64,000 nt of DNA from an uncultured Candidatus Saccharibacteria bacterium. Its GTDB lineage: Bacteria; Patescibacteriota; Saccharimonadia; Saccharimonadales; CAIOMD01. Positions 35,831-44,857 of the stretch are shown here, one piece after another. The first letter of the stretch is position 1. Each line of letters begins with the position of its first letter. Both the position numbers and the translations under genes were made by a program. The stretch is taken from positions 452,284 through 516,283 of the forward strand of contig OY970318.1 in assembly GCA_963716565.1 (NCBI GenBank), written 5' to 3'. Under the pieces are notes generated by a model, which saw nothing but the letters and a program-made list of their open reading frames with translations, did no database searches and was not told the DNA's origin.

Positions 35831-36378
35831 AGCATAATAATTACCAACAGTCAACCCATAAAACGTTGCATATTTTACATTGTTCATCTTAAAATAGGTA
35901 CTTATGCTTGTTGTTGTTTTTACTATTTTAGATTTGCGCCTGTTGAAGATCTGCTCCTATTTTTAGGTTTTTTGTAAATTAGCTTTCTCGGCTCGACGAC
36001 CTAATATTTTTCAAAATGCCTACATGCAATATGCTGCTTGTTTGTTTATAAACACATGAATAATTATTTTACATGCGTTGTTCCCGCTTGTTTTAATATC
36101 CTAATCAAAAACAATGCCTAGCCCATGCTAAAACACATTTCAAGTTTTATGTGTTTTAGTACCTCGCGATGCCTTAATAGCAAAGCAAGCCGCAGCATTA
36201 GGCAAACTAATATAGTCAAAATAAATAATTTAGCGCCTACTATTTTGGCCTACGGCTACCGACGCTCATATAAGTTTTAACGGACGTCGTTTGTGAGTTA
36301 AAAGGCGTGTTGGATACTTTAATTAAGGGCTTTTCTAAATTCTACGATAGTTATGCACAGTTTTCTAAAATAATCTTA

Positions 36379-36575
36379 TTGACAGTGCTTTTGCTTATTT
36401 ATTAATATGGGGCCAGCACTTTGAATAAAAAAAGTGCTCAAAAATAAAAATCTCGACAGTAAACAACGGCTTCTCGCAAGCCGTTGTTTCAACGAAAAAG
36501 TCGAGATAAATAGATACAAAAACTTATAAAAAACATCCCATCATCGTCCGCAGCTCGATGATGGGATTTTTATTT
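36379..36575 (+). ncRNA. Candidate small RNA or attenuating leader (about 160 nt) with its own promoter and terminator
   Basis: TTGACA (36379-36384) is followed by an 18-nt spacer and TAATAT (36403-36408). Downstream hairpins are AGCACTTT..AAAGTGCT, nested TCTCGAC(..AAACAACGGCT-TCTCGCA-AGCCGTTGTTT..)GTCGAGA, and a 12-bp terminator stem ATCCCATCATCG/CGATGATGGGAT followed by TTTTATTT. Confidence 0.45.
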
Positions 36576-36622
36576 ACAAACCATCTGGTATTATTGCTAA
36601 TTAATAAATAAACTTAATCATT

Positions 36623-38131
36623 ATGGCAGTAAAGAGCGTAATCAATTATGGGTTTGAGGGTGTAGCGATTGATGTTGAATGCCATATTTCTAACGGTCTC
36701 CCCTCCACCACTATCGTAGGCCTAGCTAGTAAGGCTGTGGAGGAATCTAAAGATCGTGTACGAATTGCAATAACTAAATCTGGGACATGCTTTCCTAAAA
36801 AGAAAATCATCGTCAACTTGGCACCAGCAGATATCCCAAAAGATGCAGTTAGCTTAGATCTCGCGATAGCAATGGCGATCCTCCAAGCCGATGGGCAGAT
36901 AAAGAGCAACATTTTCAGATCAATTTTTATAGGAGAGCTCGGTTTAGACGGCTCGATCAGGCCAGTAAGAGGTATCATCGGTAAGTTGCTACACGAAAGT
37001 TGCCAAAAAGCAGATTGCGTTTATCTGCCAAAAGCCAACTTACAACAAGCTAGGCTGGCTCTAGCGAAGAACGTTCGCGGCGTGAGTAGCTTACGGGAAA
37101 TTGTTAACTTACTAAACGACAATGATGCGACTACCAGAAACGATAACTTACAAAGCGACGAGCCTATGCCAATGCAGCAAGACCACACAAATCAAGTAGA
37201 TTTTGCCGAAATATTTGGCCAAGAGAACGCTAAAAGAGCCTTAATCATAGCGGCCAGTGGCGGACATAATGTTTTAATGTCAGGCCCGCCCGGTACCGGT
37301 AAATCAATGCTGGCAAAAGCTTTTATTGGTATTATGCCCAGCCTAAGCAGACAGCAGGCTCTTGAAGCAACCCATCTTCACAGTTTGGCCTCTAACGATT
37401 TTGACCAAACTATTCTTTACCCGCCACTTAGGAACCCTCATCATACCGCTAGTGATATTGCTATCATAGGCGGCGGACATAGCCTAAAACCGGGAGAGAT
37501 AAGCTTGGCCCACAACGGAGTCTTATTTTTGGATGAGTTGCCCGAATTTAGCCGATATGCCATTGAAGCCCTTAGACAGCCCCTTGAAGATGGTCACGTT
37601 ACTGTGGCTAGGGCTAGCTATAGCGCCACCTTTCCTTCTAATTTCATCCTTATAGCCACCAGCAACCCCTGTCCTTGCGGCTATCTGTATTCCGACTTAC
37701 CCTGTAGCTGTACGGCCAACCAAATACAACATTATCAGAAAAAAATATCCGGACCCATAACAGACAGAATCGATATTCACGTTACTGTCGGAGCGGTAGA
37801 ACACAAAAACTTACTAAAAAGCGAAAAAAATCGAGTTAGCCCGATTATCCAAAACCAGGTAGTTGAAGCCCATCAAGTACAGTACGAACGTCAGGGTCAT
37901 ATTCTAAATGGTCGCTTGAATAACCGAGAACTAAAAAAGATTATTAATATTAAGCCCAACGCCGAAGAATTATTAAACAAAGCTGCCAAAAGCTTAAATT
38001 TATCGCCCAGAAGTTACATCAAGGTGGTTAAAGTCGCTCGCACAATTGCCGATTTATCTAGTAGCGATGCTATGAACACCGAGCATATTGCCGAAGCTTT
38101 GCAGTACAGACCACGACTAGTAAGCTTATAA
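36623..38131 (+). CDS. comM: YifB/ComM-family Mg-chelatase-like AAA+ ATPase
   Basis: The 502-aa ORF has an N-terminal Lon-protease-like domain. Walker A is GPPGTGKS, with LFLDELPEF and a C-terminal ChlI-like region. Confidence 0.85.
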   Translation: MAVKSVINYGFEGVAIDVECHISNGLPSTTIVGLASKAVEESKDRVRIAITKSGTCFPKKKIIVNLAPADIPKDAVSLDLAIAMAILQADGQIKSNIFRSIFIGELGLDGSIRPVRGIIGKLLHESCQKADCVYLPKANLQQARLALAKNVRGVSSLREIVNLLNDNDATTRNDNLQSDEPMPMQQDHTNQVDFAEIFGQENAKRALIIAASGGHNVLMSGPPGTGKSMLAKAFIGIMPSLSRQQALEATHLHSLASNDFDQTILYPPLRNPHHTASDIAIIGGGHSLKPGEISLAHNGVLFLDELPEFSRYAIEALRQPLEDGHVTVARASYSATFPSNFILIATSNPCPCGYLYSDLPCSCTANQIQHYQKKISGPITDRIDIHVTVGAVEHKNLLKSEKNRVSPIIQNQVVEAHQVQYERQGHILNGRLNNRELKKIINIKPNAEELLNKAAKSLNLSPRSYIKVVKVARTIADLSSSDAMNTEHIAEALQYRPRLVSL

Positions 38132-38203
38132 AATTAAAACTGTGGTTGACCACTGTTAATCTGTTTGTTATACTGTTGACCTGTATAAAAGGAGTAAGTA
38201 CAC

Positions 38204-38731
38204 ATCGAAAAGCATACTCGTCTAAACGAGGCAATCAGAGCTGACATGTTGAGGATAATTGATCAATATGGCAAGCCGATTGGCGTGGTTTCAAAGCAAG
38301 AAGCTTTGCAAATGGCCAGAGATGCCGAGTTAGATTTAGTAGAAGTTTCGCCCAATGCTAATCCGCCAGTTGCAAAAATAATCGATTGGGGTAAATATAA
38401 TTACCAAAAGATTAAATTAATGCAGAAGAGCAAGCGCAATGCTAAAACTAGCGAGTTAAAGCAGATGCGCTTCGGTTTAAAAATCAGCGACCACGATATT
38501 GCCGTTAAGTTAAAGAAAGTTAACTCTTTCCTGTCTGACGGTGATAAAGTCCGATTAGTGATTATTTACCGCGGCAGAGAAATGGCACATCCAGAAATAG
38601 GTCATGGTCTAGTTGAAAAATTATTAACAACTATTGGAGATAATATAGTTGTTGATCAGAAGCCTATGATGGCAGGACGACAATTAAGTGTAGTAATAAG
38701 GAGCAACAATGCCAAAGCTAAGAACTCATAG
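38204..38731 (+). CDS. infC: Translation initiation factor IF-3 (probable non-AUG ATC start)
   Basis: The track ORF starts at the internal ATG 38246, but the frame is open upstream and reads IEKHTRLNEAIRADMLRIIDQYGKPIGV (the IF-3 N-domain begins here). ATC at 38204 sits 9 nt after AAAGGAG. infC classically uses AUU/AUC/AUA starts for autoregulation. Confidence 0.85.
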   Translation: MEKHTRLNEAIRADMLRIIDQYGKPIGVVSKQEALQMARDAELDLVEVSPNANPPVAKIIDWGKYNYQKIKLMQKSKRNAKTSELKQMRFGLKISDHDIAVKLKKVNSFLSDGDKVRLVIIYRGREMAHPEIGHGLVEKLLTTIGDNIVVDQKPMMAGRQLSVVIRSNNAKAKNS

Positions 38732-38903
38732 CGGTAGTAAAAAACGTACAAAGGTAACTAAGACTGGCAAGTTATTGACTCGCAAAAGTTTTGGTAATCA
38801 TTTTTTGGCTAAAAAAGACCAATCCCGTAAGCGTACATATGCTGGCCTAAGGCCTCTAACGGGCAAGATTAAACGTAATGTAAAACGAAGGATAGGAGCA
38901 TAA
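38709..38903 (+). CDS. rpmI: 50S ribosomal protein bL35
   Basis: MPKLRTHSGSKKRTKVTKTGKLLTRK... lies in the infC-rpmI-rplT operon order. Confidence 0.9.
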   Translation: MPKLRTHSGSKKRTKVTKTGKLLTRKSFGNHFLAKKDQSRKRTYAGLRPLTGKIKRNVKRRIGA

Positions 38904-38907
38904 AGGT

Positions 38908-39258
38908 ATGCGCATTAAAAGAGGACCCGCATCGCATCACAAGCATCTTAAAATAAGACAAGCCACTAAGGGGATGACCCATTCTAGACGGCGCAGTATC
39001 CGCATGGGCCGCCAGGGCGTTATTAAAGCCCTCCAGTACGCCTACAGAGACCGTCGCAACCGAAAGCGCACAAACCGTAATCTATGGAATGCCCGCATAA
39101 ATGCCGCCGTCAGAACTCACGGTTTGAGCTACAGTCAATTCATCCACAACTTAAAACTTTCTAAGATTGATGTTAATCGCAAGATGTTGGCCGATTTAGC
39201 AATCAACGAACCTGCGGCCTTTGAATCGATTGTTGCCGTATCAAAAAAATCTAAGTAA
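38908..39258 (+). CDS. rplT: 50S ribosomal protein bL20
   Basis: ...ALQYAYRDRRNRKRTNRNLWNARINAAVR.... Confidence 0.9.
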   Translation: MRIKRGPASHHKHLKIRQATKGMTHSRRRSIRMGRQGVIKALQYAYRDRRNRKRTNRNLWNARINAAVRTHGLSYSQFIHNLKLSKIDVNRKMLADLAINEPAAFESIVAVSKKSK

Positions 39259-39269
39259 AAACCTAGGTG

Positions 39270-39624
39270 CCAGATCATCCATAAGCCGGGTTCTGTTTTA
39301 ATTGGCCATCTATCTAGGCTGACGCATTGCTGCGTAGCTCAAGCGGTTCAAAACGTGACCTTTGGCGGGCTACCATCCGACAATTGCCGGAAAAAGATCA
39401 CTCCTTGCAGCCAGTAGGGTTTACCTCTTTACCGAGTCACCCCGATAAACTGTGAGCTTTTACCCCACTCATTTCACCCTTGCCTACAACCTTTAGGGTT
39501 ATAGGCGGTATCGTTTCTGTGGCACTTTCCCTAAAATTACTTTTGGTTGCCGTTAGCAACTACTGCGCCCTGTGCTGCCCGGACTTTCCTCCCGATTATT
39601 AATCGGGCGGCCAAACGATGATCT
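39270..39624 (-). ncRNA. rnpB: RNase P RNA (bacterial type)
   Basis: The minus strand contains the universally conserved P4 strands GAGGAAAGTCCGGGC (39592-39578) and ACAGAACCCGGCTTAT (39297-39282). The P1 pairing is AGATCATC/GATGATCT, and the region has no ORF. Confidence 0.88.
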
Positions 39625-39640
39625 AGCAACGTTAATTATA

Positions 39641-40438
39641 TCAGCTTATTGTGCCACTTGCCTCTTTGGCATGTTTATCTAAGATATTATTTACCTGTTC
39701 GTCGGCAACTCGATTCATTTCTCTGGGTATATGAGTAAAGGTTACTCTGCCGAGCTGTTTAATAAGTTGCTTAGCCTCATTATAAATCGGCACAAGATCT
39801 TGATTCTTAATTTTATAAACACCATCCATTTGGTTAACAACCAGCAGGCTGTCGGCAAAGATATGGATGTTCTTGGCGCCTATTTCTATTGCGGCTTTCA
39901 GAGCCAGCAACACGGCCTGATATTCAGCCTGGTTGTTGGTAGTGATGCCCAGGTAGGAGCCATCGTTTTTAATAATATTTTTATTGCAATCAAACATTAC
40001 ATAGCTGCAAGCTGAAGGCCCAGGATTGCCCCTAGAACCGCCATCGGTATATATATTCACATCTGTTATTAGTGTTGTATTTATTTCATCATCAGCAGAC
40101 AGTTCGTGGCCGAGATATTTAAACTCAATAATTTTTACAATGCTCTCGGGCTCAACTCTTGGGCCATAAAACTGTGTTAAGTAGCCGATTATTTGGGCAG
40201 CATTCTGATACCTTTTGTGGCCCTCCATATCGCTTTCATCAATATCGGCTAGATGTTTAGTCGTAATCTTTATGACTTTGCCGTAGCCAAAGAACTGTTC
40301 TGTATCGCTATTAATTAATTGCAATATATCATCTACATCAAGCCGTTTGTCATCAAATAAACGCCACGTCTTACTCACCCTGCCACTTGTTATATCTTCT
40401 ACGACTTCAGATCTAAATTTTAATGTCTTTATTCCCAT
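39641..40438 (-). CDS. rnhA: ASCH-domain / RNase HI fusion protein
   Basis: The C-terminal half has RNase H type 1 motifs (YTDGGSRGNPGP, NNQAEYQAVLLAL, ADSLLVVNQ). The N-terminal ~120 aa look like an ASCH/PUA-like beta-barrel (MGIKTLKFRSEVVEDITSGRVSKTWRLFDD). Confidence 0.7.
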   Translation of the reverse strand: MGIKTLKFRSEVVEDITSGRVSKTWRLFDDKRLDVDDILQLINSDTEQFFGYGKVIKITTKHLADIDESDMEGHKRYQNAAQIIGYLTQFYGPRVEPESIVKIIEFKYLGHELSADDEINTTLITDVNIYTDGGSRGNPGPSACSYVMFDCNKNIIKNDGSYLGITTNNQAEYQAVLLALKAAIEIGAKNIHIFADSLLVVNQMDGVYKIKNQDLVPIYNEAKQLIKQLGRVTFTHIPREMNRVADEQVNNILDKHAKEASGTIS

Positions 40439-40456
40439 ATTTTATTCTCTTAGTCT

Positions 40457-40533
40457 TGGTCGGGGTGACAGGACTTGAACCTGCGACCTCACGGCCCCCA
40501 GCCGTACGCGCTAGCCAACTGCGCTACACCCCG
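40457..40533 (-). tRNA. tRNA-Pro (anticodon GGG), CCA encoded
   Basis: CGGGGTGTAGCGCAGTTGGCTAGCGCGTACGGCTGGGGGCCGTGAGGTCGCAGGTTCAAGTCCTGTCACCCCGACCA. Confidence 0.88.
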
Positions 40534-40602
40534 TTAATAATTATTAATATATTTTATGGCTAACTAAGTATAGCGTACTGAATATCTTTTATCTATCTGT
40601 TG

Positions 40603-41232
40603 TCACCCAACCAAAACACTGATTAACCAATTATCTAGACTTTGCAGAATCGGGCTGATAGTCGGAAAAAGAAATAGCATAAAAATAATTATGGTCATAA
40701 AGCCAAAACTCTCTATTTGAATCATCACTTTCTGGATAAATTCAGGAGCAAAGGCATAAAGCACCCTCGAACCGTCTAGTGGTGGAAACGGTATTAAATT
40801 AAACACAAAAAAACCAACATTAATAACCAAAAATAGCCACCACCAAGTAACCCAAATAGTCGCATCAATATTACCTGTTAAGCGCAGCATTAGCCCGCCA
40901 ATGATTGCCATAACCATGTTAGATAGCGGACCAGCCAAGCCAACAATAGCCGTCCCAAACTCTTGATACTTAAGTTTATATGGATTAAACGGAACCGGCT
41001 TTGCTGCACCAAAGGGTGGCAAATGGCTTAATACAAGTATCACTGGCAATAACACGGTAGTAAATATGTCTATGTGCTTTAGAGGATTAAGGGTTAATCG
41101 GCCGCTTCTTTTAGCCGTGTCATCGCCCAACAGGTGACTAGCTAAGCCATGGCAAAACTCATGCACCGTTATAGCTATGGCAATAACCGCTATAGATAAA
41201 GCGCCTAAAATAACAGCATTGTCTGTAATCAT
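40603..41232 (-). CDS. Site-2 protease (M50) family membrane metalloprotease
   Basis: HEFCHGLASH (HExxH in a TM helix) is present with multiple TM segments and NLIPFPPLDGS. Confidence 0.8.
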   Translation of the reverse strand: MITDNAVILGALSIAVIAIAITVHEFCHGLASHLLGDDTAKRSGRLTLNPLKHIDIFTTVLLPVILVLSHLPPFGAAKPVPFNPYKLKYQEFGTAIVGLAGPLSNMVMAIIGGLMLRLTGNIDATIWVTWWWLFLVINVGFFVFNLIPFPPLDGSRVLYAFAPEFIQKVMIQIESFGFMTIIIFMLFLFPTISPILQSLDNWLISVLVG

Positions 41233-41317
41233 CTCGATAAGTATATCAAAATAAGAGATTGACTTTTAGGCTTTTTAAGATTAGAATTCCCTACTGAAAC
41301 TTTTTTAGGAAAACACT

Positions 41318-41509
41318 ATGTATAAATGCGCAATAACAGGTAAAGGCAAGCAATTTGGCAGTAATGTCAGTTTTTCGCAACGCCATACCAAAAAAGTCTG
41401 GAAGCCTAATTTACAGTCGAAAACTTTGGTAATTGATGGTAAAAAGGTCAAGCTAAGAGTTAGCACTCAGGCAATCCGCACGCTTAAGAAAAAACAGCTT
41501 ACCAAATAG
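41318..41509 (+). CDS. rpmB: 50S ribosomal protein bL28
   Basis: MYKCAITGKGKQFGSNVSFSQRHTKKVWKPNLQ.... Confidence 0.9.
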   Translation: MYKCAITGKGKQFGSNVSFSQRHTKKVWKPNLQSKTLVIDGKKVKLRVSTQAIRTLKKKQLTK

Positions 41510-41530
41510 CTCCGTCTCGGCGTTTTTGAG

Positions 41531-42166
41531 CTATTTTACTTCACGTCTTTTTAGAATAATCGTTCTGGCCTTATCGCCGATTTCTTTTTCTTTTAGCACA
41601 AAAGAGTCACAGTACTCAGGCTCCGAAATACCAGCCGCCTTGAGAAATTCCGCAACATCAGCCTGAGGGACTTCATATTTTATATCGCCATCAGCATAAT
41701 GAGTTGGGATAACTACCTTTGGCTCAACTTTTCTAATAATGCTCACAGCTTCTTCGGCATCAAGAGTATAACCATGGCCGCCGATAGGTACAATCAGGAC
41801 ATCAATCACCCCTAGCTCTTCTAGCTGGCTATCGCTAAGATTAGAATCAATATGTCCGAGTATACCAATACTAAAATTATCAATTTTTACGCTATACATA
41901 GTTGCTCCGAGACCTTCTTGATCAACATGCGATTTCGCAGCTATACCTCTTATAGAAACTTCTGATATTTCATATTCACCCGGCCCATTAATCAAGAATA
42001 CCCCTTTATCTTTAGGCTCTTCCTTGTTAGTGACGACAACTATATCTTGGGGCGTAGTTACCTTCTTCAAGCCCAGCTTTGACAAATTATCATCTACAAT
42101 AATAGCTTTTTTACTGTCTTGTAACTTTACACAGTTAGCACCGTAATAAATAACCTCCATAAACAT
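41531..42166 (-). CDS. MBL-fold metal-dependent hydrolase (UPF0173-like)
   Basis: The 211-aa ORF has a beta-lactamase-fold pattern (ILGHIDSN...VPIGGHGYTLD...PTHY). Confidence 0.6.
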   Translation of the reverse strand: MFMEVIYYGANCVKLQDSKKAIIVDDNLSKLGLKKVTTPQDIVVVTNKEEPKDKGVFLINGPGEYEISEVSIRGIAAKSHVDQEGLGATMYSVKIDNFSIGILGHIDSNLSDSQLEELGVIDVLIVPIGGHGYTLDAEEAVSIIRKVEPKVVIPTHYADGDIKYEVPQADVAEFLKAAGISEPEYCDSFVLKEKEIGDKARTIILKRREVK

Positions 42167-42174
42167 CTTCCTTT

Positions 42175-42819
42175 CTACAACAAATTATCTCGATTTATAA
42201 GCAATACTTTTTTTGAATCGATTAGTTTGACTATAAACTTGTCGTTAACCTGTTTGCGATAGGCAAATTCTTCGGGGGCAAAGACGCTGTAGCGTAGCTC
42301 TTTCTTCTCACTTGCCTCTAGTCCGTTAATAAGATTATCTAGGGCTGAGTAGTTAATATCGCCAACTATAACAATGTCTACTCCGGTAGATTCATCCCTG
42401 GTAAATTGACCCGTATAAACTGCCAAGCGAATATTACCAGCTTTTGCCAGTTCTTTTGCAAATGGATCCTCAATGACAGTTTCGGCGACAATCTCGGTCT
42501 TTGGAGCTTCCTTCTCGGCTATATCAGCCGTCACGGAATCCTTCTTGGTAGGAGCTTTAAACTTCTTGCCGGCGAATATACTGCTTAGGGCCGGATAGTG
42601 TTCAAACGATTGGTTTACCTCGTAGTACAACCGATTGTTGTTGGTGTCGGATTTTATTAAACCAATGCTCAATAAATTTGCCAATTCGCGCCTAACCGAA
42701 TTAATTTGCTCATCAATTTTGCGAGTTATTTCTCTTACATAAAAGGATCGGCTGGGGTTTTGGTAAAACAACTGCAGCAGTTTTACGCGAGTCTTTGAGC
42801 CAAATAGCTGTTCAATCAT
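42175..42819 (-). CDS. Winged-helix regulator with C-terminal nucleotidyltransferase-like domain
   Basis: The N-terminal wHTH (SKTRVKLLQLFYQNPSRSFYVREITRKIDEQINSVRRELANL) resembles that of 9247..9546. The C-terminal region reads GVDIVIVGD.... Confidence 0.5.
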   Translation of the reverse strand: MIEQLFGSKTRVKLLQLFYQNPSRSFYVREITRKIDEQINSVRRELANLLSIGLIKSDTNNNRLYYEVNQSFEHYPALSSIFAGKKFKAPTKKDSVTADIAEKEAPKTEIVAETVIEDPFAKELAKAGNIRLAVYTGQFTRDESTGVDIVIVGDINYSALDNLINGLEASEKKELRYSVFAPEEFAYRKQVNDKFIVKLIDSKKVLLINRDNLL

Positions 42820-42878
42820 ATTGTTATTGTAGCAACTAATCGTCTATTTGTTCAATTTCACTTGTTCGGTTTTATATC

Positions 42879-43592
42879 TTAACGATTGCGAGTAGCCGCA
42901 ACTTTAGAGGCTGCCTTTTCTAAGCTATCATCTAGTGAACTCAATTTTGTAGTATAACCCGCAATATTTACTGCCAGCTCCAATAAATGGTCTGCCAAAT
43001 CAGGCGATTTTGCCAATATCGGACCATGCAAATACGAACCAATAACATTGTTCTGGCGAGCGCCCTCACTATTATCGGCGCCATTATTGCCTTGGCCGTC
43101 TGGAACTTCACCAAGAGCATCTACTTGATCACCTAAGGTTGTTAGTCCGCTGTGATTTTCGTAGCCCACCAACAGGCCAAAATCGGTCTTAGAAACAATA
43201 TTGCCTATTAGTCTTTTATCCCCTGCAACCGTTCTTACGTCTAATAAGCCTATGCCTGGTATCATATCTTTCGATGAAGTTTTAAAATAATGTCCAAACA
43301 TCTGATACATCCCACATATCATCAACATAGGCACGTTATCATTTTGCATCTTTCGTAGGATTTTTGCTTTTTGTTGTAAGTCCTTAGCTATCACCAGCTG
43401 TCCAGCATCCTGACCGCCACCGCCGATCAATAGATGAGCATCGCTGGGTAATTGTTGCCCAACGCCAATTTTTACCACTTCAACCGGGATATTGCGCCAT
43501 CTTAATCTCTGAGTCAGCACCAACACATTGCCATTATCGCCATAAATGTTCATTTCTTTAGGATAAAGATGGACTATTTTGACAGTTTTCAT
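42879..43592 (-). CDS. gatD: Lipid II isoglutaminyl synthase, glutaminase subunit GatD (CobQ-type GATase)
   Basis: The nucleophile context is ICGMYQMFG, YENHSG and HGPILA are present, and the gene is translationally coupled to murT (4-nt overlap). Confidence 0.75.
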   Translation of the reverse strand: MKTVKIVHLYPKEMNIYGDNGNVLVLTQRLRWRNIPVEVVKIGVGQQLPSDAHLLIGGGGQDAGQLVIAKDLQQKAKILRKMQNDNVPMLMICGMYQMFGHYFKTSSKDMIPGIGLLDVRTVAGDKRLIGNIVSKTDFGLLVGYENHSGLTTLGDQVDALGEVPDGQGNNGADNSEGARQNNVIGSYLHGPILAKSPDLADHLLELAVNIAGYTTKLSSLDDSLEKAASKVAATRNR

Positions 43593-44857
43593 ATAGTTTC
43601 TACCTCGGTTAGCTTGGCCAATATCTTTCGCAGATGGAGCATTGCCGTATAGGTTGTGAATATCAGCAGGTGCCCCTTATTAGGAGTACGCCTCAAAGCA
43701 ACGCCCAAACATTCATCTAGTGCCGGCAAGCTACTTGTTGTTTTTATATCGTCATACTTTAACCTTAAGGCCATATCGATCGCTCGAGTACCTGAAGTGT
43801 AAATCGGGTAAGCTTTATCGCTCATATGGTTTCGGAAGTCAACATCCCACAACCAAGACACATCACGCCCATCAGCATAATCGTCATTAATGGCTATCAT
43901 GCAACAGTTGGTTTTTTTATTCGATAAAGAATGAAGGGCGTGCCTAAAGCCGCCAGGGTTTTTAACAAGCTGGAGGGTTACGGCCTTATTGCCAACGGCT
44001 ATGCTTTCGCCACGGCCAAATGCTGGCTTAACTTCTTTTAGCCTGTCTACAATAACCTCATTATCGACACCAACCGCAATAGCTGCTGCACAAATAGCCA
44101 CGGCATTCTGATAGTTAAAAGAACTGCTAGCTGCCATAGTAATCTGATATTTTGCTTCGCTAAGTTTTATTACTATCTTATCGCTCCCCTTTATCTCGAG
44201 CAGTTCAGCAATGGCTCTTTGCTTAGACAGTTTCGGGGGAGCTGCCTCGTGTAGCTCATCATCATTCAAGTAAAGCGACCTTAAAGAAGGATCCACACCA
44301 AAATATAATACTTGGCATTTGGCATACTTGGATAACTTGGATACTCTTACGTCATCCCTGTTAAGGATTACGAAGTCTGTTGTATTCTCGACTACTTTTT
44401 GTATAAGCTTAGCAGTCTTATCGATTTCGCCAAAACGATCCATTTGATCGCGCATTATATTTGTTACCACCAAGCCCTTTGGTTTAAATAATTCCACAAA
44501 ACGAGCAGCGTAGGCTTCATCTAGCTCAATTACCGCAACATCATAAGGCAGATTACCCGTAAAGCTCGAATTATGTATGACAGCAGCAATAACGCCTCTT
44601 ATAAAGTTGCTACCAGTGACGTTAGTCAGTACCCGATTATTGGCACTTAATATATGAGCCAGCATCTTAGTGCTGGTGGTTTTGCCATTAGTTCCAGTAA
44701 TCACAATTACACCGTTAGGCAACCTAGCTAACATTCTCTTCAAAAAATTTGGATAAATCTTTTCTACTACTAAGCCAGGCAGAGCCGAACCCCGACGGCC
44801 AACTATTTTTAGGGCCAAATAAACTAATTTGCCTAGCCACAGTGCCAATATTCGCAT
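43589..44857 (-). CDS. murT: Lipid II isoglutaminyl synthase, Mur-ligase-like subunit MurT
   Basis: The Mur ligase P-loop is ITGTNGKTTSTKM and the DUF1727 signature is DGRDVSWLWDVDF. Confidence 0.8.
   Translation of the reverse strand: MRILALWLGKLVYLALKIVGRRGSALPGLVVEKIYPNFLKRMLARLPNGVIVITGTNGKTTSTKMLAHILSANNRVLTNVTGSNFIRGVIAAVIHNSSFTGNLPYDVAVIELDEAYAARFVELFKPKGLVVTNIMRDQMDRFGEIDKTAKLIQKVVENTTDFVILNRDDVRVSKLSKYAKCQVLYFGVDPSLRSLYLNDDELHEAAPPKLSKQRAIAELLEIKGSDKIVIKLSEAKYQITMAASSSFNYQNAVAICAAAIAVGVDNEVIVDRLKEVKPAFGRGESIAVGNKAVTLQLVKNPGGFRHALHSLSNKKTNCCMIAINDDYADGRDVSWLWDVDFRNHMSDKAYPIYTSGTRAIDMALRLKYDDIKTTSSLPALDECLGVALRRTPNKGHLLIFTTYTAMLHLRKILAKLTEVETI

Noticed and set aside
35619-36622. Possible chromosomal replication origin in the 1-kb AT-rich gap.
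   Set aside because: Only degenerate DnaA-box-like 9-mers are present (for example TTATGCACA at 36351-36359). There is no cluster of consensus boxes and no dnaA or dnaN nearby. The perfect TTATCCACA boxes in the window (18483, 48020) are isolated.
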